Source of the DNA: Porphyridium purpureum
Lineage: Eukaryota
NCBI GenBank assembly: GCA_008690995.1
Contig: VRMN01000003.1
Span: 2,232,001-2,296,000 of the forward strand
DNA: 64,000 nt
Direction of reading: 5' to 3'
Shown here piece by piece: positions 31,059 to 41,644 of the stretch. The translations under genes were made by a program, and so were the position numbers. The notes under the pieces are model-generated. The model did no database searches. It worked only from the letters and a program-made list of their open reading frames with translations, and was not told where the DNA came from. Positions within the stretch are counted from its first letter, which is position 1. The number at the start of each line of letters is the position of its first letter.

Positions 31059-32643
31059 TGCTCAGTTCCTTAAGTTTACGACTATCTGTTGACTGTTCAA
31101 GGTTTTGTTGCAAATTCTCAGCTGCTGAATGATGCCAACGATATCTGCACCGATTCACCCCGATCCGTTGCTCACGGAAACGTGCAAAGAAAATGATCAA
31201 CCTTTTGCTATCAGATGAATATTCTTGCTCCCTTTCTCACCCTCCTCTTCTCCGCGATCCTCTTCTCCGCACTCCTCTCACCTTTCCTCAGGCCTCCCGT
31301 CGGACCGACGCTGGTTATATAGTCAACTTTCGGCGGCGCCCCAACGGTTTGACTGGCTGGTTCCGCGCTAAGAACCAGCCCCGCTAGACGGCCCTCAATA
31401 CAGCGCACGTGTGCCTCTGCACATAGGCGCCAGGAGTTCAATATTTCATTTGCTGCTTCCGCACAAGCCGTATCACAGAGCCAGCCATGACTCCGTTGCG
31501 CTTTTTCTGTTGTGTCACGTGATATGGTCTAGTGAACACGCATTGGTTTCTATTAAAACGTCGATGTTTACGCAATTTTTGAGAAACAGCCAGCCGGCGC
31601 TCTCATTCTCTAAATTCAGGCTCTCGGCGCAGCTCTGCTTGCGGAATAGCTCCGTTTTAGCATGATGCCGCTGTGGACCTGCTGGCTCATTAATGATGTA
31701 GAACCGGCCTTGCACCACTCTCAAGTTCCACGTTTCGTGGCAAATTGGCACCGTCTCGGCATTCAACCTGTTTATGGTAGAAATGTGAGTCGCAATGTTT
31801 GGTTAATGTGCGGGACGGTGGTGTTATTTGGTTGCAAAGAAAGTAGGACAGGCGACCTTGTAAAAAGAATAGATCGCTTGGAATGCGGTGCGTGGCCCTC
31901 CTCCGCCGGGGACGACGACTCGACCAACAGAAAGGACGGGGTCCGTGCCTTCAGGGATTCGCTGACGAAGAAGTGAACGTGGATTGCGAACAACGCCGTC
32001 TGCAAAGCACGCAATGGCATCGCTTACCGCAAGTGAAGCGAGCCGCAGGGCGAGTTTGCGTCGCGCACGGGCCGATGAAGGGCGTCCAGCGCGGTCGCAG
32101 GCGGTCTGAAACGTGCGCTCGACGCACAGTGTCTTGCCGCGAGCCAAAATGATGCTTCTCCTGCGCACCTCGCGAGGTGGCTTGATGCGCTGGTGCCGGA
32201 ACTGGCGGTGGCACAGGTGTGAATGAACGGTTTTGGAGGGTTGAAACGGTGGGCGGTGCGACTGAACAAAAACACTGCGCTCATTTTACATGTCACGCAG
32301 CGGGTGCGCCGTGAAAGTGTTTGAACGCGCGGATGTTGATTGAGGTTTGATTGAGCATCTCGATGGCTACACACAGCACGCGGAAGCAGCCTCTTGCACG
32401 CGGCGTGCGAGAACGGGATCACTTCGTGATCCTCGCCGCCAAGTACGAAGTGCGATCGATGGTGAATAGCAGGACGAAAGCTCTTGACCCGAGGATGGCG
32501 CGCTCTTGACGTGGCGAATGGGCTGTGGCCTTGTACAATATTCATTTCAAGACAGAAGCCTGCGCTTCATGGCAATGTGCTGACATGGAGCCCTCGAATA
32601 GTGTCTCTGCACGGCAATTATATGCGGCCATGTAGCTTTTCTT

Positions 32644-34056
32644 TCACTTACTCGAGCCGAAAGGAACATTGCAGCGATTCTGCATTTGCTGCGCATGTAT
32701 CCCGGCGACGCGCTTGTCCATTAGCTTTTGCGACGTACCTGTGCAAAGCGCGCGAAAGGAAGCTTGCAAAGCGATCACCCGCTCTTATCATCAAGAGACC
32801 CGGTCTCCAGCTTCGACCATAATATCGCTAAGAGGCAAAGGATTTTCAAGCCTACGCCGCCGCGGACACTCTGGTATTTACTGATACAGGTGACGCTCAT
32901 GCAGCGTACATTTTAGCTGCATGATTCTGCAAAGGTATTCACGCGCTTCGTGGTCCTTTCCCGACTTGACAAAGGCCGAGACAAGTACGTGCGGTGGTTC
33001 GTACGGCGGCGTGACACCCATCTCGCGGTAGTTGGCGCCTAGCCAACACGCATTGTCAACCTCGTCGTGCGCACAGATGTACGGATCGCACTCCACCAAA
33101 CTGGCGTCCGCTTGAATGCTTTTCGAGCGCGCGGGTAAACACATGTTTTTCCGCACTCGTAATGCTGCGTGAGCCTTCTCATTCCGACAAAAGGCTGGAA
33201 ATGGCATTTGATGTGGCGTCTGTTCTTACGCTGCAGCAGATGTCCAGACGCTGGCGGAATATTTGGGACATGAGGTCAGGCCGGTGGCAAGTCACAAAAA
33301 ATTCATTGCAAGGCCGCGGCATCAGACTGGGTAAACGAGATATCGCTGAATAATTTCGATTCATCTCCTTATGATCGGGGCCTCTTTTTCCCTCTCAACG
33401 TCGGACCAGCGCGAGAATGTGTGTCAGAACATGAGAATAGAACGACACTTGGTCAATTGACGCTCGGCTGAATATCTGTAACACAACTTTTAGCGCAAGC
33501 CGAGGTCTAGCACAGACTTGGAACTCTAAATTATCTTTTTCTTTCTCGCTGTCTCTGTTGCCATCTCCCTTGACCACAACTTGTCTCGCAATGTGGAAGC
33601 GATTATCGACAGTGCGCGCAGCGAACGGCGCGTAGCGGTGTTGCCAAACAACTTGCTCCACTTCATGTCAACCAGCCAGGTCATTGAGCCCGGCTCGCAG
33701 CTGCTCGTTGAGCTCGTGCGCGGGCACGATGACGGGTGCGCGGAACGTCGTCCCGCGCTCACCGCGTCGACCTCTTACACGAATGTCGTCGCCTCGGTCT
33801 CGAAGCTGCCTCTTACGATCGGAATTTCCGCTGCGTTGCTGTATGCAGCGTGACGAGCTTGTAAGGGATCGAGTCCAGGTGCGCGTCTGACCGGAGCAAG
33901 TGGAAGTATTTTCAAGCTGCTGCGGCGCTGATGGATACCTCGGTTACGAACGGCAAGGGTCACGATCCGCCTCACCCACAGACTCCTACGCGGTCCTCGC
34001 TGGGCAAGCGCCCGGAGCGCCGACCATTGGACGCTTTGCGATGCAGAATGAAACAT
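32644..34056 (-). pseudogene. Disrupted PPR-like organelle-targeted protein paralog
   Basis: Fragments HRYAPFAARTVD...HVLTHILALVR, RPDLMSQIFRQRLD and YREMGVTPP.EPPHVLVSAFV.SG lie in different frames with stops. The terminal stop is at the same position as in the 41645 copy. Confidence 0.85.
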
Positions 34057-34703
34057 CGACACCAACGACCCGTTTCTGCGCTACCACGAGCTCTACATCA
34101 TGCGAATGGGAGTGCGGCATCAGTACTTGTTCATGCAGAGACTATTCCAGGTTGTCAAGTCCGAACGCGTCTTTGTCGCCAAGCCACTTGATGTTCTCAT
34201 TCCCTGAGGCTCCACGGAGGTGGGAAGGGGTAGATGACTGGAGAGGACGAGAGAATGGCCCAAGCTGACTGCTTCTGCTGCGCCCAGGCCTCAGCGGGCT
34301 AATGCTCAGTGCGCGGAACACATGTGTCGACTGCGGATCAGCATACGCTGGCGCCTCGCGGGCGGAATCCGAAATCTCAATGTGCGTCATACTCAACGTA
34401 GAGGGCATCGTCCGTGGTTGCCTTTTGCCGGACTGCGTGCGCGACCTGTTCCGATTCGGCGGTACTGTAAATGAGTGACGAACGCCGTCCACAGAAACCG
34501 GTCCAGCCCGTAATTTATACATAGAAAACAGAGTCCTTTTGTAAAGGAACTGCTACTATCAAACGGCGTCAGAGCCAAGCATGCGCTTTACCGATGAAAT
34601 CAAGCTGTGGCCAACGTCAAGAGATCTGGGCTGCGGCTCTTTAATAGATGATATCCTCGCCCGACGGAAGCGCACAGACAAGGTCTCAAGAGCAGGATTC
34701 GAA

Positions 34704-36194
34704 ATGTTTCAAGGTGCTGTAGGAAGTGTAGTGGCAATCCTGCTGATCTTCGGTTCGGTGCTGGCGGCACAAGCAGAGCGCCGTCCGAGTGATTTTGCCG
34801 CCCGTTCGCAGTGGAACTCATTTGACCTTCTCAAGGCAGCGGAGAAAGACCATGTCGTGGGCAATGGCTTCCAGACGCACAGCGCGAACGTGACTGTCCC
34901 ATTTTTCATGTACGAGCCTGACCACTTTCTGGCATATTCAAAGTGCTCGAAGGCGATCTTGAGTCCCAAGCATACGATCGACGTGTTATTTGTGGAGCGG
35001 CTTCAGAACCATCCATGGAGGACAAGCCAGCCTCAGGATGCCGAGTTATTTGTCGTGCCCGTGCTACTGAGCGCCTTGGCTCTCGACAGATGCAACGTGA
35101 GTGTATCACAGGGCTTGATCCAAATGAAAGAGTATCTTGAAAGGAGTCCATGGTACACCAGATACAAAGGCCGTGATCACCTTGTTCTCATGACCCAGTG
35201 GCAAAACCGGAATTTCATGCTGCATCATCTTGGGCATACAATACTAATCGGCTCGTATACCCGAGACAGAATGGCAGCCTACGACAATGTATTCGTCGTC
35301 GGGTTTTTGGGCAACTACGCGGCGATGACAGCAAAGAGTCGGAACGCTGACGGATACTTTTCCGAGTGGAATTATGCGAACAGTGCGAAATTGCCACGCG
35401 ATTTGGTGGTCCGGTGGATGGGTTTAAATCGATATTTTCAGGGAAGCCCGGTGCTTCCACGGCTTAATCGAAAGGCTCTCTTCACAAAGCGCGACGCAGA
35501 CACTGAACATCACGTAAGTGATGATGTTTTCCTGAGCGTCAAATTATTGAAAGGAGACCTGCGGTCTCAATATCCCGAAATTCCGGACTGCAATCGGACA
35601 GACTTTGTCACAAACTTGAAGATCTACGAATCGATTCCCTTGGTCGGACGTAGTCCTCCAGTTCCGAGCTGGACCGCAGATCGATGTGTTCAGCCTTTCG
35701 AATTCTCCAGGGTGGTCGCTCATCGCATTACGGAACGCTCGCACTTTTCGTTCCTTCTGGCGGGAGACAACCCGGAAAGTGATACGCTCTATAATGCAAT
35801 AGCCACCCGCTCCATTCCGGTTCTTTTCGTCGAAGATGAAAAGCACGACTTCTTGTACGAATGCATGGTTCATTTTGATTTCCCTTGGAAGGACATTGCG
35901 CTCATGTTCAGTGGTCCAGAGTTTCGCGAGGACCCGATGCGCGTCATCCGGTATTTGCGCGATATGGTTCAGAACGAGCCTGATGACCTCGCTCGGAGAG
36001 TCAAACTCATGGATGATCACGCACGCGACTTGGTGTGGTCAGAGCCGGGCTCACGCGTCCACGAGAAAATTTTGATTGATGCATGGAAGCTGTCCAAGGG
36101 CAATCTCTCCAGAAGTATAGAACCACCAAAAATGCGTAGCCTGAAGAAGCCAGGCGCGTCGCCTCTGAGCAGGGATTTGCAGAACCATTCGTGA
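34704..36194 (+). CDS. Exostosin-family (GT47) glycosyltransferase, paralog 1
   Basis: N-terminal hydrophobic anchor, HPWRT..PQDAELFVVP, YKGRDHL, and SHFSFLLAGDNPESDTLYNAIATRSIPV. Start placed at MFQG by alignment with paralog 2. Confidence 0.88.
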   Translation: MFQGAVGSVVAILLIFGSVLAAQAERRPSDFAARSQWNSFDLLKAAEKDHVVGNGFQTHSANVTVPFFMYEPDHFLAYSKCSKAILSPKHTIDVLFVERLQNHPWRTSQPQDAELFVVPVLLSALALDRCNVSVSQGLIQMKEYLERSPWYTRYKGRDHLVLMTQWQNRNFMLHHLGHTILIGSYTRDRMAAYDNVFVVGFLGNYAAMTAKSRNADGYFSEWNYANSAKLPRDLVVRWMGLNRYFQGSPVLPRLNRKALFTKRDADTEHHVSDDVFLSVKLLKGDLRSQYPEIPDCNRTDFVTNLKIYESIPLVGRSPPVPSWTADRCVQPFEFSRVVAHRITERSHFSFLLAGDNPESDTLYNAIATRSIPVLFVEDEKHDFLYECMVHFDFPWKDIALMFSGPEFREDPMRVIRYLRDMVQNEPDDLARRVKLMDDHARDLVWSEPGSRVHEKILIDAWKLSKGNLSRSIEPPKMRSLKKPGASPLSRDLQNHS

Positions 36195-37277
36195 CGCCAC
36201 TGCGACGGAACACACTGCAACCCTGTGTCAATGTGCTGGATGTGACTTGAGATGTGCGCGTTCTGAATATACGCAGATCCGCGTGTTTCAGTGCTTGACG
36301 CTCTGAAAAAACAGCGGAGCGTCTCGCGCGGGGACGTGCCGAATGCGTTTCACTTGTTGTGAGAACGCGCAGCCACTTGACGTGCGGAATTCTGATGAAG
36401 ATGCTTCAATCGACGATCTCACTTTTTCGCTTTCGGGGGATACGCTACGATAACTGTCGGTCTGTCACGTTCCTCGCCAATTTTGCCCCGTTTTTCAATT
36501 TGAGATGAGCTAGTGGGACCGGCACATTCTGTTATTATCGTAGAACTCATCGAAATCGTTGCTCACTCAGTATCAACAATGCTCCTTTCCAGCCCGTGCG
36601 TCCTTGCTCCTCGCATCGATCGCAACCCTGCACACCTGTACGTCAGTCTTCGCCAAATTCGCAAATCCGCGCCGCGTTGACATGAGACGCGCCGTACCAG
36701 CCAACGCCCAGCGCTTACTATAACAGTGACCCTGCTGTGTGATATCAAGCGGGACCGAGTCCCGTCGAAACTCAAAGCGTAGTCAAAAACGAGCGCCGTG
36801 CGCACGCGCGCTTGTGTGGAAAAACGGAACGGGGGCCGTTTTTTTGGTAGTGTGGGACGAAGAGGGAATAATTTTGTGTGTTTTTCCATTTTATTTTCCA
36901 ATCGCGTATGAGGAATGAGCAGTTCAGTGAGATGGTCAGGCTGGTGGGCGGCGCGCAGTGTGACGCACAAAACGCTCTCGTTCTGTTAGTTTTCTGGCTC
37001 CGCACTCGCCGTATTTGTGTCTGTCTGCGAGGGATGTTCGTATCTCTACAGAGATGTCGAGCTCAGCAAAGCTGCTTCGAAGACGGGCCTCTGCCCGTTG
37101 GGTATATTATTTACCAAAGGGGAAAGAGACGGATGGGGAAGGAGGGGACACACGTGCAGTTTGGTCAATAGGAGTCGTCTTCTGTCCTCGCGCTTGGGTC
37201 ACTTTATCGTGCATTGTTTGCGTGACTGCGTTTCGGCGTCGTCGATCTATTGAGACGAGCACGTGCAGATAGTAACC

Positions 37278-40253
37278 ATGGCAAAGGCAAAGAACTTGAT
37301 ATTCGAGAACTGTGTCGAAGTGGCTGGCTTAGCAGCCAATGATGTCGGGCCTGTGCTCCCATACGTGGCGGTCGCTTACGCGGTTACCAAGCTTATTGTA
37401 GAGCACGCAAAGGCTGCGCAGGCAAACCAAGCATCTTGTGCGAAGCTTGCCGAGCGGGCAACCAGCATTTCGACCATTCTGGGTACGTATTTTGGCACGA
37501 ATGCCGGAAAACGTGTCAATGGCACGCACAATGTGAAGGACGCTGGCATGATTGAGTGCTTGAGCCAGTTGGAGTCTGAACTGCAGTCTGCGTGCGCGCT
37601 TGTGAAGCGATTTTCCAGTGCGGAGAAGTGGACCGAAAAGGCGTTTCGCGCCTTGGCGGCGAAGAATTTTCAGGGCGAGTTCATGACGTGTGAAGCACGC
37701 CTCGTCGAGCTCGAGACACGATTGTCGCGTATCATCATATTCAAAATGGCGCACGACCATGAGGAAAAGTACCAAAATGTGATTGGTAAGTTGGAAGGCG
37801 CCCTTCTCAAGTTGAAAGCCGTCCCGTACGAGATGGCTCGCGCTCTTGAAGAGGACAGGCGGCGCGATACAGTGACACTTGAGAATAAGCTTCGATCTCA
37901 TCCGGAAAAAGTCGCGGTGCTCGGCATGCACAGTGCGGAAGTGAAATACACAAGTTCGTACTTACACGCGGCGAATGCGGGGCGCGCTTCAAACGGACCC
38001 GAAGGAAGTGAACCTTGGTACATTGAGGCAACACTTGCTGAGAAGCATCGGAATGGTGAGAGCAAGAGGATACCATTCGTTCCGCTTGGCAATGGTGGCT
38101 CTGGGAACGTGTTCAAGGGTAAGTTCATGGGGCAGGAAATAGCCATCAAAGAGATCAAGTCGAAAGGCAACAAGGCGATGCGCGAGCTGAGAAATGAGGT
38201 GGGCATCATGTGGAGGCTTTCTCACGAAAACGTCGTACAGACACTCGGTGGGTTTTACCCACGGACGGGCGTGAAAGCTCATGAACATGAAAGCCCTTTC
38301 ATTGTGCTCGAGTTTGCCCCGAAAGGCTCCCTTGAAAATTACATGTTCCATGACAGCGGAGGCAGCTTGCTATTACGCGATGAACTACTCAGAATCTTTC
38401 GATGCATTATAGATGGCTTGAAGTATTTGCACGGAAATAAGATTATCCATCGCGATATGAAACCCCAGAACATTCTTCTCATGGATGACTTGACTCCGAA
38501 GATTTGCGATTTCGGGCTGGCCACGATGAAGAATTCGTGTTCTCTTGCAAGCGGGTGGCTTGGTACAATCGGGTACATGGCACCCGAGGTTATCCGTGGT
38601 GACCAGTACAACCGCTCCTGCGATGTGTGGTCATACGGCGTCATGTTGTTTGAGATGATGCTTGGCGAGCCGATGTTTGGAAGCAAGTGCACGGTTGGTG
38701 ACGTTTTAAATGTTCTCGGAGATCCGAAGCGGGGTGTGCCGTGGAACAGATTGAACACGTCGGAATACGCAAAACAATGGCCGGTCTGGGTGGCAAAATT
38801 AGCAAGGGCGTGTCTACAGAATAACCCCGAGGAGCGCCCAACTGTTTCGGATATTTGGCTTGAGTTTTATGAGCGTCTGGATACGGAGGGGGCCATTGCG
38901 GCTGCGAAGTCTCAGAAGCATCAGTATGCTGCGTCTCCGTCAGGCAACAGCACGGCTAGGGTTGATGCGGTCACCGGAAACATTTCGCACGTCACGGTAG
39001 CACCTGGTGGGTCCGCAGCCTCAGCATCAAGTGTCGGAGGTTGTGCGGTGGGGCCACGTGGATCCCGGCCCGTTCATGGAAAAGTGCAAAGTGCTGACGA
39101 AAAGCTCTGCTTTGCAGAAGAATGCGAGAAGGCGGGGAACATGGCGAATGCGTATACGTATATCAAGCAAGCAGCGGAAGCTGGTATCACGGAAGGCCAG
39201 TTTCGGCTGGGCAAGATTTTGCTCGACGGCTCGCACGGCATGTGCCAGCATTTGGAGTATGGGGCGGGCTGGGTGCGCACAGCTGCTGAGAAAGGACACA
39301 TGGACGCCATGATTGAGTTGGGGCGCTGCTACCATGGTGGGCGGGGAGTAACACAGACTTTGACACTTGCGAAAGAGTGGTATGCAAGGGCGGCGAAGCT
39401 CGGCAGTCGGGACGGGTCGGCATCGCTCGAAAGTATAGAGGCCGAAGAGCGGCACTTGCGCCACAATGCCGCAGATCGACTATCTCGTATTCAGACCAAG
39501 GAGCTGGCCAACATGAACTCCGCGAAAGCGCCGACTTATTACGGCCAGGTCGCAGAACAAGGAGGCGCACTGGCACAGTACAAGTTGGGCACTTGTTACA
39601 CAAGCGCGTGGGGCGATCTGGTCGAGAACATACACGCGGTTGTTGACTCGCACCGCCATGTCGCGGAGCAGGGAGACACGCAGGCACGGAACCAATCAGG
39701 CACGGATTTCGCGAAGGATTGGGGCGGTCTGCTCGAGAATAAGTGCGCGTCGGTAGACTGGTACTGGCAGGGCACGGAGCCAAGTCGTGCACCCGCACAG
39801 TATGTGTTAGGCACTTGGTCCGCGAACGCGTGGGGCGGTCTGGCTGAGAACATACACGCGGCTGTTCACTCGCACCACCAGGGCGCGGAACCTGGTCATG
39901 CCCTGGCTCAATATACATTGGGCACTTGTTCCGCGAACGCGTGGGGCGGTCTGACTGAGAACATACACGCGGCTGTTGACTCGCACCGCCAGGGCGAGGA
40001 ACCTGGTCATGCCCCGGCTCAATATACGTTGGGCACTTGTTCCGTGAACGCGTGGGGCGTTCTGGTTGAGAACAGACATGCGGTTGTTGACTCGCACCAC
40101 CAGGGCGCGGAACCTGGTCATGCCCCGGCTCAATATACGTTGGGCACATGTTCCGCGAATGAGTGGGGCAGTCTGCCCGAGAATAGATTTGCGATGGTTC
40201 ACTCGCACCGCCAGGCCGCAGAGCAAGGAGACATGCGGACACAGATCGGCTGA
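37278..40253 (+). CDS. MLKL-like N-terminal four-helix bundle, TKL-type protein kinase and SEL1-like repeats
   Basis: N-terminal LIVEHAKAAQANQASCAKLAERATSI...LQSACALVKRFS pattern. Kinase motifs GNGGSGNV, IAIK, HRDMKPQN, DFG and APE. SEL1 units such as GHMDAMIELGRCYHGGRGV...AKEWYARAA. Confidence 0.85.
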   Translation: MAKAKNLIFENCVEVAGLAANDVGPVLPYVAVAYAVTKLIVEHAKAAQANQASCAKLAERATSISTILGTYFGTNAGKRVNGTHNVKDAGMIECLSQLESELQSACALVKRFSSAEKWTEKAFRALAAKNFQGEFMTCEARLVELETRLSRIIIFKMAHDHEEKYQNVIGKLEGALLKLKAVPYEMARALEEDRRRDTVTLENKLRSHPEKVAVLGMHSAEVKYTSSYLHAANAGRASNGPEGSEPWYIEATLAEKHRNGESKRIPFVPLGNGGSGNVFKGKFMGQEIAIKEIKSKGNKAMRELRNEVGIMWRLSHENVVQTLGGFYPRTGVKAHEHESPFIVLEFAPKGSLENYMFHDSGGSLLLRDELLRIFRCIIDGLKYLHGNKIIHRDMKPQNILLMDDLTPKICDFGLATMKNSCSLASGWLGTIGYMAPEVIRGDQYNRSCDVWSYGVMLFEMMLGEPMFGSKCTVGDVLNVLGDPKRGVPWNRLNTSEYAKQWPVWVAKLARACLQNNPEERPTVSDIWLEFYERLDTEGAIAAAKSQKHQYAASPSGNSTARVDAVTGNISHVTVAPGGSAASASSVGGCAVGPRGSRPVHGKVQSADEKLCFAEECEKAGNMANAYTYIKQAAEAGITEGQFRLGKILLDGSHGMCQHLEYGAGWVRTAAEKGHMDAMIELGRCYHGGRGVTQTLTLAKEWYARAAKLGSRDGSASLESIEAEERHLRHNAADRLSRIQTKELANMNSAKAPTYYGQVAEQGGALAQYKLGTCYTSAWGDLVENIHAVVDSHRHVAEQGDTQARNQSGTDFAKDWGGLLENKCASVDWYWQGTEPSRAPAQYVLGTWSANAWGGLAENIHAAVHSHHQGAEPGHALAQYTLGTCSANAWGGLTENIHAAVDSHRQGEEPGHAPAQYTLGTCSVNAWGVLVENRHAVVDSHHQGAEPGHAPAQYTLGTCSANEWGSLPENRFAMVHSHRQAAEQGDMRTQIG
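39561..40236 (+). repeat. 111-bp (37-aa) coding tandem repeat, six full units plus a partial
   Basis: Units start at 39561, 39672, 39783, 39894, 40005, 40116 and 40227. Consensus GHAPAQYTLGTCSANAWGGLxENxHAAVDSHxQGAEP. Confidence 0.95.
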
Positions 40254-41644
40254 AAAGCTGAAGCAGGTAGCAATTGCGGTCGGAGAAAAGAAGATAAAAG
40301 TGTCAGACCCACGTTTCTCCAGGTGCATCCAACCAAACAGTCTGAACAACTGAAACTTCTAGGGGAAATGCCGGATTCCGCCACTAGTCCAACGACTCCA
40401 ATTGCGGTTGGATGTCTGCTTTGTCGAACGATGCAGCTTTAGTTTTCATCACGAAAGCGCTCAGTTCAGACGTAACTTTGACTGCGCAGGTTTAGCAAGG
40501 GAACGGCGGACTGTACCGAGCGGTACAGTGAACACCCGTCCGGTGGGTGTACAGCGTAAGCACGAAACGGCATTACGACTCTGGGAGGCGAGGTTGGTGA
40601 ACGTGACCAGATTTGCAAGTGCGCGACCGTCACTTTGGGCGTCGTCCACGGTCTCTGTGGAAAAAACAAAGGCTCAAAGGCAGTGGTCAGGCGGCTCGTG
40701 GGACCGCGGCGGCTGTGATGCTTTTTGACATGAAGGGGCGCTATAAATTGAGGAGCAGCACAGAAGATGTGAAAAATTTAGGACCTCGCTCAGAGGTAGA
40801 GGCTCTCCAGTGGTGTAGTAGAAAAAGGCTGTTGTTGTGAATCACCGAGTCTCTCATGTATTGGGCCTGTTTGGTCAGTTGGAACTGCACAGGGGTGCAA
40901 GTGATCTCATACGCCCTTCCAAGTGTCCCTTATCCGATTTGGTCTCATTTTATGACCTCGACTTCGTGTTACAATGTGCATCACTTGCGCACTTTGGTTC
41001 TGCTTGCCGTTGCATCGTAGTGGTTGTGCAGCTGGACGAGACCGAAGCCGCAGATCCTGGCGCCATGGGCGGCCGCATCATCTCCGTGTCACCGCTGAAG
41101 ATCATGTATCTACAGCCGCCTTCGCTGTCCCCTAACTAGTTGGTTACTGAGCTTCTTGCTCATCTCGACCTGTTCTGGACTCTCATGGCAGAGCGAACGC
41201 TCGCAATGTGTGCCAAGGTTCTGATAGATGAAAAAAGGTTTTCGTTTTCGAGTACTATCGAGCACGCGCGGGAGCAGTTAGGTCCGATGCCCTTTCTGCC
41301 GTTTTGGCAAACGATTGACAAAATGAACGAAACTGGGTTTGAGATTATTGCCGGACCAAAGATGGGGCGGAATGGAGGACCATAGACCCATATGCGCTCT
41401 GATGCCTTCTGGGCGAGCATGTTATGATACGCATCGTTTGCCTGACGCCGCATTTTTGAACGGTCCGGAGCAGCACGTTTGCTCTAGCGCAGCGGAGTGC
41501 GCGTTCTGGGCATGGCGAATTGACTGTGGCTTTACAGAGCATTCAAGTCAAGACAGAAGCCAGCGGTCCCTGGGAACGTGCCGAAATGTAGCCCTTGAAT
41601 GGTGTCTTTCCATTCCAATCATTTGCAGCCATGCAGCTTTTCTT

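Larger units (their letters stand above)
32500..36380. repeat. Segmental duplication copy 1 (PPR-like pseudogene plus GT47), paired with about 41500-46710
   Basis: DNA similarity covers both genes and their flanks, e.g. GCAGAA..AACATCGACACCAACGACC at about 34045 and 44415, and GTGACGCCACTG..CTGCAACCCTG after both GT47 genes. Confidence 0.85.

Noticed and set aside
39187..40242. 351-aa minus-strand repetitive ORF
   Set aside because: Antisense shadow of the SEL1 repeat array.
40837..41385. Two in-frame ORFs separated by one stop
   Set aside because: No recognisable domain; cannot distinguish a pseudogene from chance.
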